A DNA stretch of 64,000 nt from NCBI GenBank assembly GCA_964016885.1, contig OZ024755.1, forward strand, positions 40,114,001-40,178,000. The letters run 5' to 3'. The notes under the pieces were generated by a model, which was not told the DNA's origin, searched no databases, and saw only the letters and a list, made by a program, of their open reading frames with translations. This document shows, in pieces, positions 1 to 12,107 of the stretch (the first letter of the stretch is position 1; each line of letters opens with the position of its first letter). Position numbers and translations under genes: made by a program. Source of the DNA: Eledone cirrhosa. Its lineage: Eukaryota.

Positions 1-356
1 CTTCAAAAACAAATATCATCATGCAATAACATTTGTGTTTTCATCAGATAAAATGGAAGGACATGATATGAAGGATAATGCAGTTTTAAATCAACATATA
101 TGTTGATTTAAAACTGCACTATCCACAAGTGTTTTTTAACCTTCATATCATGTCCTCCTATTTTATCTGATGAAAACACAAATGTTATTGTATGATGATA
201 TTTGTTTTTGAAATGCGCATAATAAAATACATGGAACTCATTTAACCATCTTTTGATGTTATATATTATGTATACTCCAGTCCTACAAACTGTAGAGTGT
301 TTCTTATCCGATATCTGCATTGCTTTATTGTACTACAATAAAACTCACCTCCTACA
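1..356. mobile_element. PLE pseudo-LTR 3' end (family F1), inverted pair pivoting at ~95-102, ending in (TA)n
   Basis: Matches the F1 terminus seen at 3125-3400, 7020-7190, 39420-39680 and 56860-57120; ends ...AACTCACCTCCTACA(TA)n. Confidence 0.8.
161..227 (+). ncRNA. Type I minimal hammerhead ribozyme (F1)
   Basis: ttttat-CTGATGA-aaacacaaat..atttgttttt-GAAA-tgcgca-TA-ataaaa; helix I ttttat/ataaaa, palindromic helix III. Confidence 0.85.
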
Positions 357-380
357 TATATATGTATATGTATATATATT

Positions 381-417
<37 letters not shown>

Positions 418-491
418 ATATTTATATGTATATATATATGTATATGTATATATATGTATATGTATATATATATGTATATATATATATATGG

Positions 492-567
<76 letters not shown>

Positions 568-590
568 ATATATATATATATATATATATA
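357..590. repeat. (TA)n/(TATG)n microsatellite
   Basis: Direct reading; source of spurious YI-repeat ORFs. Confidence 0.95.
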
Positions 591-980
591 CACTTTCACT
601 CACTCTCTCTCTGCTTCTCCCCCTCTCTCTCCCTCCCGTCTGACCTGCTTGAATTTCTTTCCTCTCTCAATCTTCTCGCGGCTCAGACGTGTCTATTTCT
701 CCTCGTCAATTTGATATGTCGGGCTTAAGCCCACAGGATTCATTGACTTGTCTCTATTTTCCTCTCTTTACGTTGCATACCACCATGTGTTTGTTTCCTT
801 CCCTCTCTTTTCCCACTGTCCCGATAACTTAATTGAGTTATCGCTTGCACTGATTTTAGGTATCTAGTCTTTAATGCGTCAAAATACCAACGATAATCAG
901 CAGACTGCTGAAGAGGACATTTTAACCCTTGTCTATTTTTATTCATATATTCATGTTCGCAACAACCCAGCACACCATTC

Positions 981-983
<3 letters not shown>
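591..983 (+). mobile_element. Non-coding retroelement UTR/pLTR fragment, distantly related to 29515-30055
   Basis: Shares ctttcactcactc, tcccgtYWgacctg and the covarying 3' motif; flanked by (TA)n. Confidence 0.5.
817..919 (+). ncRNA. Candidate pseudoknotted/permuted hammerhead-like structured RNA (copy A)
   Basis: CTGATT/AATCAG, GGTA/TACC, TAGTCT/AGACTG and TGTCC/GGACA pairings; CTGAAGA core; covaries with 29923-30026. Confidence 0.6.
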
Positions 984-1045
<62 letters not shown>

Positions 1046-1059
1046 ATGTGAATGTGTCT

Positions 1060-1550
1060 GTCGCCACCTGGAATATAGCTTAAGAGAAATTTGACGATAA
1101 TGATATGATAGGCACCCAATATTTTGAACTGGTTTTAGAATTCTCTTGGCCTTTGTCACTCTAAGTAGAACTTTAAAGAATTAGCTTTTAAAGAATTTCC
1201 CTTTTCTTTAAATCCATCAACCATGACCGACCCCCAACCATCTTATAGACACCTGAAATATAGGCATTGTTAACTTAAGAGAAACTTAAAAATAAGGAGT
1301 GGCACCCCATTCTGAACTTGTTTATAGAATTCTTTCTTCCTTTGTCACACTAAATATAAATTATAGCCTAAAAGAATTAGCTTTTAATGAATTCCCTTTT
1401 CTTTCAACCAATGACCTCCACCCATCCCTCTCCTACCACCTGAAAAGATATAAATACCACAATATTTATTTTTGGAAAGCCAGATTCCTGATGATTTCTA
1501 AAGAATGAAACAGTTCTAGTCCTGTAGAATCTCATCTATATTAAAACTAT
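1060..1550 (+). mobile_element. PLE pLTR fragment (family F2) with an internal diverged ~180-bp duplication
   Basis: 1075-1260 resembles 1270-1450; carries an HHR and ends in (TA)n. Confidence 0.6.
1482..1532 (+). ncRNA. Type I hammerhead ribozyme (F2)
   Basis: agattc-CTGATGA-tttctaaagaat-GAAA-cag ttctagtc ctg-TA-gaatct. Confidence 0.8.
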
Positions 1551-1602
1551 ATTTATATATATATATATATTCATATATACATATATATAAATATATATAT
1601 AC

Positions 1603-1695
<93 letters not shown>

Positions 1696-1697
<2 letters not shown>

Positions 1698-2406
1698 AAC
1701 GAGTAGGACCCCTATAACGCGGTCTAGGATTTTTTTTCTGATTCTCCCTATGTTGGACTTCGTTGGGTTTATAAGCCTGATAGAAGGTTTACGGTCGAAA
1801 TCGGATTTGTGGTCCTTCAGTGTGAAGTAGGGTGTCCATGGGTCTAGGGGTTCCGTGCGGTCGGCGACCCCGAGGCTGGAGGTAATGTGTTGTCCATCTC
1901 GATTTATGTCCTCGATGCATGAGTGGTTAGCCTTTTTATAGGTGGAGTTTAGGCTGCTCCTGATCAGTGTGTGGTATCTGTCGGGGTTGACGAAGTAAAG
2001 GTTACCAGTTTTATCCGAGTGCACCATGATGTCATTAGTGTTATCATACTCTGTTAAGTTGCTACGGAGTTTTTGTAGGAATCGGTTGTGTCTGGGTTTG
2101 AATTTAATGTTCTTGACCAGTTAGAAAAGGTCATTCTCGAAGGGTGAGAGCATAGGGTTCGGAGGGGGAGATTTGTAGGTAATAAATCTGAATCTCTCCT
2201 TGGTACCGAAGTCCTGATTGTCGCAATATCTGTCGTAGAAAAAAGTTCTCCATCTAAGTCTTTTCGCAAATAGATCGATTTTTTGCGTGAGCATCCGAAG
2301 GTAAAGTTTTTTCGGTCCTACTCGTTACTATTACCCACTCTACTACCCTAAGTATCGAGTACTTTGGTGCGTTATGGTCCACCTGGTTCCTTACCACATT
2401 TCATCG

Positions 2407-2410
<4 letters not shown>
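1696..2410 (-). pseudogene. Naiad-like PLE reverse transcriptase N-terminal fragment, frameshifted
   Basis: [43 protein letters not shown] motifs typical of Naiad/Chlamys PLE RTs. Confidence 0.8.
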
Positions 2411-2498
<88 letters not shown>

Positions 2499-2655
2499 CG
2501 AAGGAAATGTGGTAAGGAACCAGGTGGACCATAACGCACCAAAGTACTCAATACTTGAGGTAGTAGAGTGGGTAATAGGAAACAGTAAGACTCCGACGGC
2601 TGAGCTCAAGCCGTCGAAACGGCTTGAGCTCAGCTGTCGGGGTCTTACTGGTTCC
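2329..2655. repeat. Inverted repeat (2329-2410 vs 2497-2578) around (TA)n, plus a 30-bp-arm hairpin at 2585-2648
   Basis: Reverse complements read directly. Confidence 0.8.
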
Positions 2656-3027
2656 TATATATATATATATATATATTTGGTGACCATCCAGGATTTGACT
2701 ACTGTGATATTGGTGAAATATATTTTTTACTTAAAGAAATATATAAAAAGGAGGTTAATCTTTTTAAATGGTACCTATATTTGAAGTTCTAGTTAAACTT
2801 TAATTAGTTACCTACCTAGCTATTTGTGCTTATATTCTTTACAGATTATTCCCTGTGATTGTTCCATATGTTTATTTTATATATATGTCAATCTATTTCT
2901 AGTTTCTAGTTGATATGAAATGCTCGGATCTATTCATTGGAATCTTTGAGCTTATTCAACAGTGGATATGGCGCCTGTCTCTCAGGCATGACAACCCTTA
3001 ACTTAATTTTGGATATATATATATATG

Positions 3028-3124
<97 letters not shown>

Positions 3125-3125
<1 letters not shown>

Positions 3126-5400
3126 GTAGGAGGTGAGTTTTATTGTAGTACAATAAAGCAATGCAGATATCGGATAAGAAGCACTCTACAGTTTGTAGGA
3201 CTGGAGTATACATAATATAAGATCAGAAGATGGGTAAAGGAGTTCCATGTATTTTATTATGCGCATTTCAAAAACAAACATCATCATGCAATAATATTTG
3301 TGTTTTCATCAGATAAAACAGGAGAACATGATATGAAGTCTAAAAAACACTTGTGGATAGTGCAGTTTTAAATCAACATATGAGAAGTGGTTTTAGATTG
3401 ATGTGTGATATTGGGAAAAATATTTTATTTAGAGGGGGGGGTGGAAAGGATGAAAAAGGGGAGGAGATGAGAGGGAGAGATGGGTGATAGAGAGAAAGAG
3501 ATCGTTTTTATAACTGAGAGGAGATATATTGTTTTACATAGAGAGGTTGAAAACCGTTGGAAGATAATGTATAAATTAAAAAAAATTTGAAAATTAACGA
3601 AGGGAGGATATGTGCGAGGAAAAAATATTTTATTTAGGGAGGGGGGGTGGAAAGGATGAAAAAAGGGGGAGGAGATGAGAGTGAAGGTGGAGAGGGAGAG
3701 ATGGGTGATAGAGAGAAAGAGATAGTTTTTATAACTGAGAAAAAGATATATTGTTTTACATAGAGAGGTTGAGAAGCGTTGGAAGATAATGTATAAATTA
3801 AAGGAATTTGAAAATTAACGAAGGGAATTTATGTATGAAGATAGAGAGAAAAAATAATAATTGTGGATGAATATTCTAACGTCAAAAAGGGTATGTTGAT
3901 AAGTATTGTGGCAATTTCAAAATTAACGAAGAGAAAAATTATTAAGGTTTGTGTGTAGAAGGATTTGAGAAAAATAATGTGAAGTTAAAGTTTGTATATT
4001 GAAGGAATTGATAATATATGCGAATAAAGAGTTAATATGTATTAAGAATGAGTTCGTTGATGGGGAGAAAAAAATAATAAATTAAGGATGAAATTGAGAT
4101 TAAAAAGATTTATGATAGAGAGAGAAAAAAAAAAAAATAATAATGATTGCGGATGAATATTCTAACGTCAAAAAAACAAATGTATATGTTATGAAGGATT
4201 TTACAAGGTGAAGATAGAATGAGGGTAATGAGTAAACAAGTATTATAGAGTGTATAATGCCCTTTAAAGTATGGTAGGAAGATGGGTATATTTTAAAGAG
4301 GTGTATGTATATGTGCCTTTGAGAAAAGATTCTAAATTGATAAAGAATTGAATATTAACTGTATACTTTGTGAAAAGTCCTATGGAATTTATGCAGGCAG
4401 ATAGAAAACAAATCTGTACGTCTATTTATTATAGAATCTAGGTTAGAGATAATGGTAAATTTTTCATTTAGGCAGAGATTACAGATTTTAGATAGAGAGC
4501 TGTTCAAGTATGAGGATGCAGAAGAAACCTTCTTCCAAAAGATGGTATATTTAATGTTTTTGTCTTTTAAGGACCATATGAGTTCTGAGAGAGCAGTGTT
4601 GGTTCTTTTAAGTTTGTATTTGAAAGATGAATGATGATTATAGAGACGAGCTTTAAAAGAGGTGGAAGTGGAGCCAAAATAGGTGAAGGAATTGGTGCTA
4701 GTTATAATTTTACATTCATAAATTAAGTTTTTATCGAGACAATGGTTGTTGAGAGGACATTTATTTTTAATGCGGCAGTTGCAATTAGAGAGATTATTAA
4801 TGAGTGACCTAGTGTTATCTATAGAAGGAATTGGATTGGAGAAGTTGTTTGCGATAGGAATAATAGGAATAATAGTTTCTTGATTTAGAGTTGGATTATG
4901 AACATTTAGCGAAGTTGTGTTTGACGTTGTATTGGGTTTTACAGAAGTTAGCCTAGGATTTACAATGACGTCGGGAGTACTATTACTGTTATTATGAAAT
5001 TCAATGTTGGAAGGAAGAGATTTAGTATTTAGTATTTTATTGTTGTGTTTAGAGATGATGTTGGAAATATTGGAGGATGTGGAATAAGAAAATTTGATGG
5101 TGTGTTTGTTAAATATTTTACTATAGATATGTGAGGGAGGGAAGCATTTATTTAAGGCACTAAAAAATAATTTAGGAATATTGTTATTAATAGAGATGGA
5201 GAAAGGAGCATTATACCAGATTATGTTTTTGTATCTAGGTCTTTTATTAAAATTATTGGAATGATCATGATTAATTATTCTACTGTAAGTTTTTCTAGAA
5301 TTTGTTTCTTTACTATATTTGATTTTATCTGGATAGCCGGCTTTAGAAAGTGCGTTATTATAGTAATTGGCGTTAGCATCAAAGATGTTTTTATTAGAGG
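3125..5400 (-). mobile_element. 5'-truncated Naiad-like PLE (F1): RT thumb, linker, GIY-YIG ORF (4355-5400) and pLTR
   Basis: [49 protein letters not shown]. Confidence 0.9.
3252..3318 (-). ncRNA. Hammerhead ribozyme (F1)
   Basis: Reverse complement of the 161-227 motif. Confidence 0.85.
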
Positions 5401-6066
5401 ATATGATCATTCCAATAATTTTAATAAAAGACCTAGATATAAAAATATTTCCAACATCATCTCTAAACACAACAATAAAATACTAAATACTAAATTGGCT
5501 ATTATTGGCTAAATACTATTTTGGCTCCACTTCCACCTCTTTTAAAGCTCGTCTCTATAATCATCATTCATCTTTCAAATACAAACTTAAAAGAACCAAC
5601 ACTGCTCTCTCAGAACTCACATGGTCCTTAAAAGACAAAAACATTAAATATACCATCTTTTGGAAGAAGGTTTCTTCTGCATCCTCATACTTGAACAGCT
5701 CTCTATCTAAAATCTGTAATCTCTGCCTAAATGAAAAATTTACCATTATCTCTAACCTAGATTCTATAATAAATAGACGTACAGATTTGTTTTCTATCTG
5801 CCTGCATAAATTCCATAGGACTTTTCACAAAGTATACAGTTAATATTCAATTCTTTATCAATTTAGAACCTTTTCTCAAAGGCACATATACATACATCTC
5901 TTTAAAATATACCCATCTTCCTACCATACTTTAAAGGGCATTATACACTCTATAATACTTGTTTACTCATTACCCTCATTCTATCTTCACCTTGTAAAAT
6001 CCTTCATAACATATACATTTGTTTTTTTGACGTTAGAATATTCATCCGCAATCATTATTATTATTT

Positions 6067-6262
6067 GGGCGGTGGATTGGCAGTATCGGTAGAGAGTCGA
6101 ACACCATGCTTTGAAGCATAGAGTTACGTCCCTTTATGATCTGAGTTCAAATCCCGCCGAGGTTAACTTTGCCTTTCATCCTTACGGGGTCGATAAAATA
6201 AAGTACCAGTAATGTACTGGGTAATTGCTGGCCTTGTGCCAAATGTAGAAACAATTATTATT
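6067..6262 (+). mobile_element. tRNA-derived SINE (Nin-domain-like core), (ATT)n tail
   Basis: A box TGGCAGTATCGG, B box GAGTTCAAATCC, core aactttgcctttcatcc..ggggtcgataaaataaagtacc; absent from the opposite arm of the palindrome. Confidence 0.8.
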
Positions 6263-7085
6263 ATTTTTTTTTTTTTTCTCTCTATCATAAATCTTTTTAA
6301 TCTCAATTTCATCCTTAATTTATTATTTTTTTCTCCCCATCAACGAACTCATTCTTAATACATATTAACTCTTTATTCGCATATATTATCAATTCCTTCA
6401 ATATACAAACTTTAACTTCACATTATTTTTCTCAAATCCTTCTACACACAAACCTTAATAATTTTTCTCTTCGTTAATTTTGAAATTGCCACAATACTTA
6501 TCAACATACCCTTTTTTGACGTTAGAATATTCATCCACAATTATTATTTTTTCTCTCTATCTTCATACATAAATTCCCATCGTTAATTTTCAAATTCCTT
6601 TAATTTATACATTATCTTCCAACGGTTCTCAACCTCTCTATGTAAAACAATATATCTTTTTCTCAGTTATAAAAACTATCTCTTTCTCTCTATCACCCAT
6701 CTCTCCCTCTCCACCTTCACTCTCATCTCCTCCCCCTTTTTTCATCCTTTCCACCCCCCTCCCTAAATAAAATATTTTTTCCTCGCACATATCCTCCCTT
6801 CGTTAATTTTCAAATTTTTTTTTTAATTTCTACATTATCTTCCCACGGTTTTCAACCTCTCTATGTAAAACAATATATCTCCTCTCAGTTATAAAAACGA
6901 TCTCTTTCTCTCTATCACCCATCTCTCCCTCTCATCTCCTCCCCTTTTTCATCCTTTCCACCCCCCCCTCTCTAAATAAAATATTTTTCCCAATATCACA
7001 CATCAATCTAAAACCACTTCTCATATGTTGATTTAAAACTGCACTATCCACAAGTGTTTTTTAGACTTCATATCATGTTCTCCTG

Positions 7086-7152
7086 TTTTATCTGATGAAA
7101 ACACAAATATTATTGCATGATGATGTTTGTTTTTGAAATGCGCATAATAAAA
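7086..7152 (+). ncRNA. Hammerhead ribozyme (F1)
   Basis: Same motif as 161-227. Confidence 0.85.
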
Positions 7153-7184
7153 TACATGGAACTCCTTTAACCATCTTTTGATCT

Positions 7185-7251
<67 letters not shown>

Positions 7252-7263
7252 GAGAGAGAGAGA

Positions 7264-7355
<92 letters not shown>

Positions 7356-7739
7356 GATGCATTATATATACACATATAAATATATACATATGTATGAATT
7401 TTGAGTATATAAATGTGTGTGTGTGTCTGTGTGTGTGTGTGTATAGGTATATATATATAAACATACAGACACACACACATATGAATATATATTGTATGCA
7501 CATTGTGTGCTTGCAAAATAACCGGTAAATAAATATCAGCTTTGATAGCATAACAATAACACCGCTAGATGGCGACAATCATAAGCTGTCTCTCTAGTGC
7601 CAGTTTGAAGGTATTAAATTTGACAGGCTTTATAGAGATGATGGCCGTCGTTAAGACTTAAATCTCTCCACCATTATTTAGATATCAAGTTTGTGTGTGA
7701 GATTATTGTGGAGGTGTTGTTTGGTAGGATAGGGTTTCA

Positions 7740-8629
7740 GTGGTGGTAGTAGTGGTGGTGATGGTAGTGGTGGTTGTGGTGGTAATAGTGGTAGTGGTGG
7801 TGATGTTAGTAGTGGTGGAGGTGGTAGCAGCAGTGGTGGTGGTAGTAGGGGTGGTGATGGTAGTAGTGGTGGAGGTGGTAGCAGCAGTGGTGGTGGTAGT
7901 AGTGGTGGTGATGGTAGTAGTGGTGGTGGTGGTAGTAGTAGTGGTGATGGTAGTAGTGTTGGTGGTGGTAGTAGTAGCGGTGGTGGTAGTAGTGGTGGTG
8001 ATGGTAGTAGTGGTGATGGTGGTGGTAGTAGTAGTGGTGGTGGTAGTAGTGGTGGTGATGTTAGTAGTGCTGGCGGTGGTAGTAGTGGTGGTGGTCGTAG
8101 TGGTGGTGGTAGTGGTGGTGATGGTAGTAGTAGTGCTGATGGTGGTGGTGGTGGTAGTAGTGGTGGTGGTAGTGGTGGTGGTGGTAGTAGCGGTGATGGT
8201 AGTAGCGGTGGAGGTGGTAGTAGTGGTGGTAGTAGTGGTGGTGATGGTAGTAGCGGTGGTGGTGGTGGTGATGGTAGTGGTGGTGGTAGTAGTGGTGGTG
8301 ATGGTAGTAGCGGTGGTGGTGGTAGTAGTGGTGATGGTGGTAGTAGTGGTGATGGTAGTAGTAGTAGTGGTGGTAGTAGCGGTGGTGATGGTAGTAGTAG
8401 TGGTGGTGGTGGTGATGGTAGTGGTGGTGGTGGTAGTGGTGATGATGGTAGTAGTGGTGGTAGTAGTTGTGGTGGTAGTAGTGGTAGTAGTTGTGGTAGT
8501 GATAATGGTTGTTATGGTAGTAGTACTGGTAGCAGTAGCAGCAGTAGTAGTAGTATTAGTACTAGTAGTAGTAGCAGTAGTAGCAATAGTATCAGTAGTT
8601 GTAGTAGTAGCATCAGCTATAGTAACAGC

Positions 8630-8679
<50 letters not shown>

Positions 8680-8838
8680 CAGCAGTAGTAGCAGCAGTAG
8701 TAGTAGTAGTAGCAGCAGCAGTAGTAGTAGCAGCTATAGTAGCAGTAGCAGCAGTAGTAGTAGCAGCTATAGTAGCAGTAGCAGAGGTAGTAGTAGCAGC
8801 AGTAGTAATAGTAGCAATAGTAGCAGTAGTAGTAGTAA
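7740..8838. repeat. (GTG/GTA/GCA)n trinucleotide tract, ~1.1 kb
   Basis: Direct reading; the poly-Val ORF is an artefact. Confidence 0.95.
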
Positions 8839-9293
8839 TATATAGAAGTGTTAGAGTCGTTAGTGCTGCCCTCTAGTGTATTTCAAGAATCTACTAATTC
8901 TCTCAACCAATCCCAACAGACGCCAGCCATACGATGATGAACGTGTCTTAAAATGGCGACTAAAATTAATGTAATTTTGAAAACAGGAAATTACGACAAT
9001 ACAATGAGAAATCAATGTTGGTATAATTAGTGTTTATTTTGTATAACTGGGGCTGTCTTAAATCACGGATAGCCACAAGGGTGACGTGATGGTCGTCACG
9101 TCACAGTGAATCATGTGACAACAAATTAAGACCGACAAACACGAGAACAACTACTCCAAGCTATGTAAGACAGTTTAGAAAGAGAATTATATTAAATTTG
9201 TCTCGAGTATTCAGTAGAAGGCGAGTAATAATCATTGCTAATTATTAAATGACCCCCCCAGTTAAAATGAAAACTCTAAATGACCATTATTAA

Positions 9294-9532
9294 GGGTGGT
9301 GGATTGGCAGTATCGGTAGAGGGTCGGACGCCATGCTTTGCAGCATAGAGTTACGGTCCTTTATGGTCTGAGTTCAAACCCCGCTGATGTTAACTTTGCC
9401 TTTCATCCTTACAGGGTCGATAAAATAAAGTACCAGTAATACACTGGTGAATTGCTGGCCTTGTGCCAAAAGTAGAAACAATTTTTAAGGGTGGTGGATT
9501 GGCAGTATCGGTAGAGATCGGACGCCATGCTT
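9294..9532 (+). mobile_element. SINE (same family as 6067) plus a partial second head
   Basis: Homology to 6067-6262. Confidence 0.8.
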
Positions 9533-9537
9533 TCCAA

Positions 9538-9636
9538 ATGAAATAAAGTGTCTTGTTCAATGCGCTGCCAGGAGTCGAACACATGACCTTACGATTGTGA
9601 GCCGAATACACTAATCATTAAGCCACACGCCTTCAC
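9538..9636 (-). mobile_element. tRNA-derived SINE head, second family
   Basis: Minus strand TGGCTTAATGATT..GTTCGACTCC followed by ttgaacaagacactttatttca. Confidence 0.55.
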
Positions 9637-9824
9637 AAATAACTGCGTATATTTGAATGTTAATTAAAATGGATCTTACAATCTGTAAGAAATGCAGAGA
9701 CTGAAATGAACTAATTGGGCGTACTATACATAAAGAGAATTTCAGTAGATATTTTCTTAAGTATGTGAAGATTCAGAGACGTAAATCAAACAGACAAGAG
9801 AGAAAATATATGTAAAGTGAAAAT

Positions 9825-10737
<913 letters not shown>

Positions 10738-10747
10738 AAAGAACCAT

Positions 10748-10812
10748 TCAAGATATTTCAAGTTGTTGATAACCTTAATGTTTTCAACTCAATGAGACCT
10801 CATCAAAAGCGA
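10748..10812 (-). ncRNA. Degenerate hammerhead-like motif
   Basis: TTGATGA-aggt..gttgaaaac/gttatcaac..actt-GAAA-tatc-TT; core and helices I/III imperfect. Confidence 0.35.
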
Positions 10813-11215
10813 AGTCTTTAAATTTATAATGAAAATAAAACGTGCGACTACAATGAGTGAAGAATCTCAATACCTATGTGGGTTGTGATAGATCTAAAGG
10901 TGAATCTCATCAATCAAGCTATTGATTTGATCATTTGTGGATGAAATATATGAAAAGAAGAAGGAATATCATGTAATAAAGATGATCATTATATGATGGA
11001 ATGGAAAATGTCAGTGAAAAGCTGGTGAAAAGTTTCGGAAATATAACATGGACGTCTCGAAACAATTTGGATATCAGAAAAAATAAACCAAATATGACAT
11101 ATGGAAAATTGAATACAAAATATTTTCATTATCAAAAGTAGAAATACAATTATTGACCCGTACGTTACATATATATACATATATATATGTATATATATGT
11201 ATATGTATATATATG

Positions 11216-11252
<37 letters not shown>

Positions 11253-11253
<1 letters not shown>

Positions 11254-11385
11254 GTTTTAATATAGATGAGATTCTACAGGACTAGAACTGTTTCATTCAT
11301 TAGAAATCATCAGGAATCAGATTCCTGATGATTTCTAATGAATGAAACAGTTCTAGTCCTGTAGAATCTCATCTATATTAAAACT
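11253..11385. ncRNA. Palindrome of two divergent F2 hammerheads (11269-11318 minus, 11319-11369 plus)
   Basis: Perfect inverted repeat centred on ..caggaatc a gattcctg.. Confidence 0.8.
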
Positions 11386-11452
11386 GTTATACTCTGCTAT
11401 GTATTGAGTACCTTACTTACTGTGGTTACCTCCGATTCAACCCGGAATAACG

Positions 11453-11485
<33 letters not shown>

Positions 11486-12023
11486 GTATATATATATATA
11501 TGTATATATATATATGTATATATATGTATATATATATATGTATATATATATATGTATATATATATATATGTATATATATATATGTATATATATATGTATA
11601 TATATGTATATATATATATATATATGTAAATGTGTATATATATATATATATGTATATATGTGTATATATATATATGTATATATGTGTACATATATATATA
11701 TGTATATATGTGTATATATATATATATATGTGTGTATATGTATATATGTGTATATATATGTATATATGTGTATATATATATATGTATGTATGTATATATG
11801 TGTATATATATATATATGTATGTATGTATATATGTATATATATATATATATATGTATGTATATATATATATATATAAATATATGTATATATATATGTATA
11901 TATATAAATATATATGTATGTATGTATATATTATATGTATGTATATATATATATGTATGTATGTATATATATATGTATGTATATGTATATATATATGTAT
12001 GTATATGTATATATATATGTATG

Positions 12024-12078
<55 letters not shown>

Positions 12079-12107
12079 GTATATATATATATGTATATAT
12101 ATATATA

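Larger units (their letters stand above)
5517..7190 (+). mobile_element. Inverted duplicate of the same PLE 3' end (GIY-YIG C-terminus 5517-5843 and pLTR)
   Basis: Near-identical reverse complement of 3215-4682, interrupted by a SINE. Confidence 0.9.

Noticed and set aside
845-914. Twister, pistol, HDV-like or group I reading of the covarying motif
   Set aside because: TTAATGC resembles twister in copy A only; the helix order shared by both copies does not fit those folds
2585-2648. Hammerhead in the gacggc..gccgtc-GAAA hairpin
   Set aside because: No CUGANGA core; explained as an inversion hairpin
6067-6160. tRNA gene
   Set aside because: A and B boxes belong to a multi-copy SINE; no cloverleaf
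7740-8876. 378-aa poly-Val ORF
   Set aside because: Trinucleotide repeat artefact
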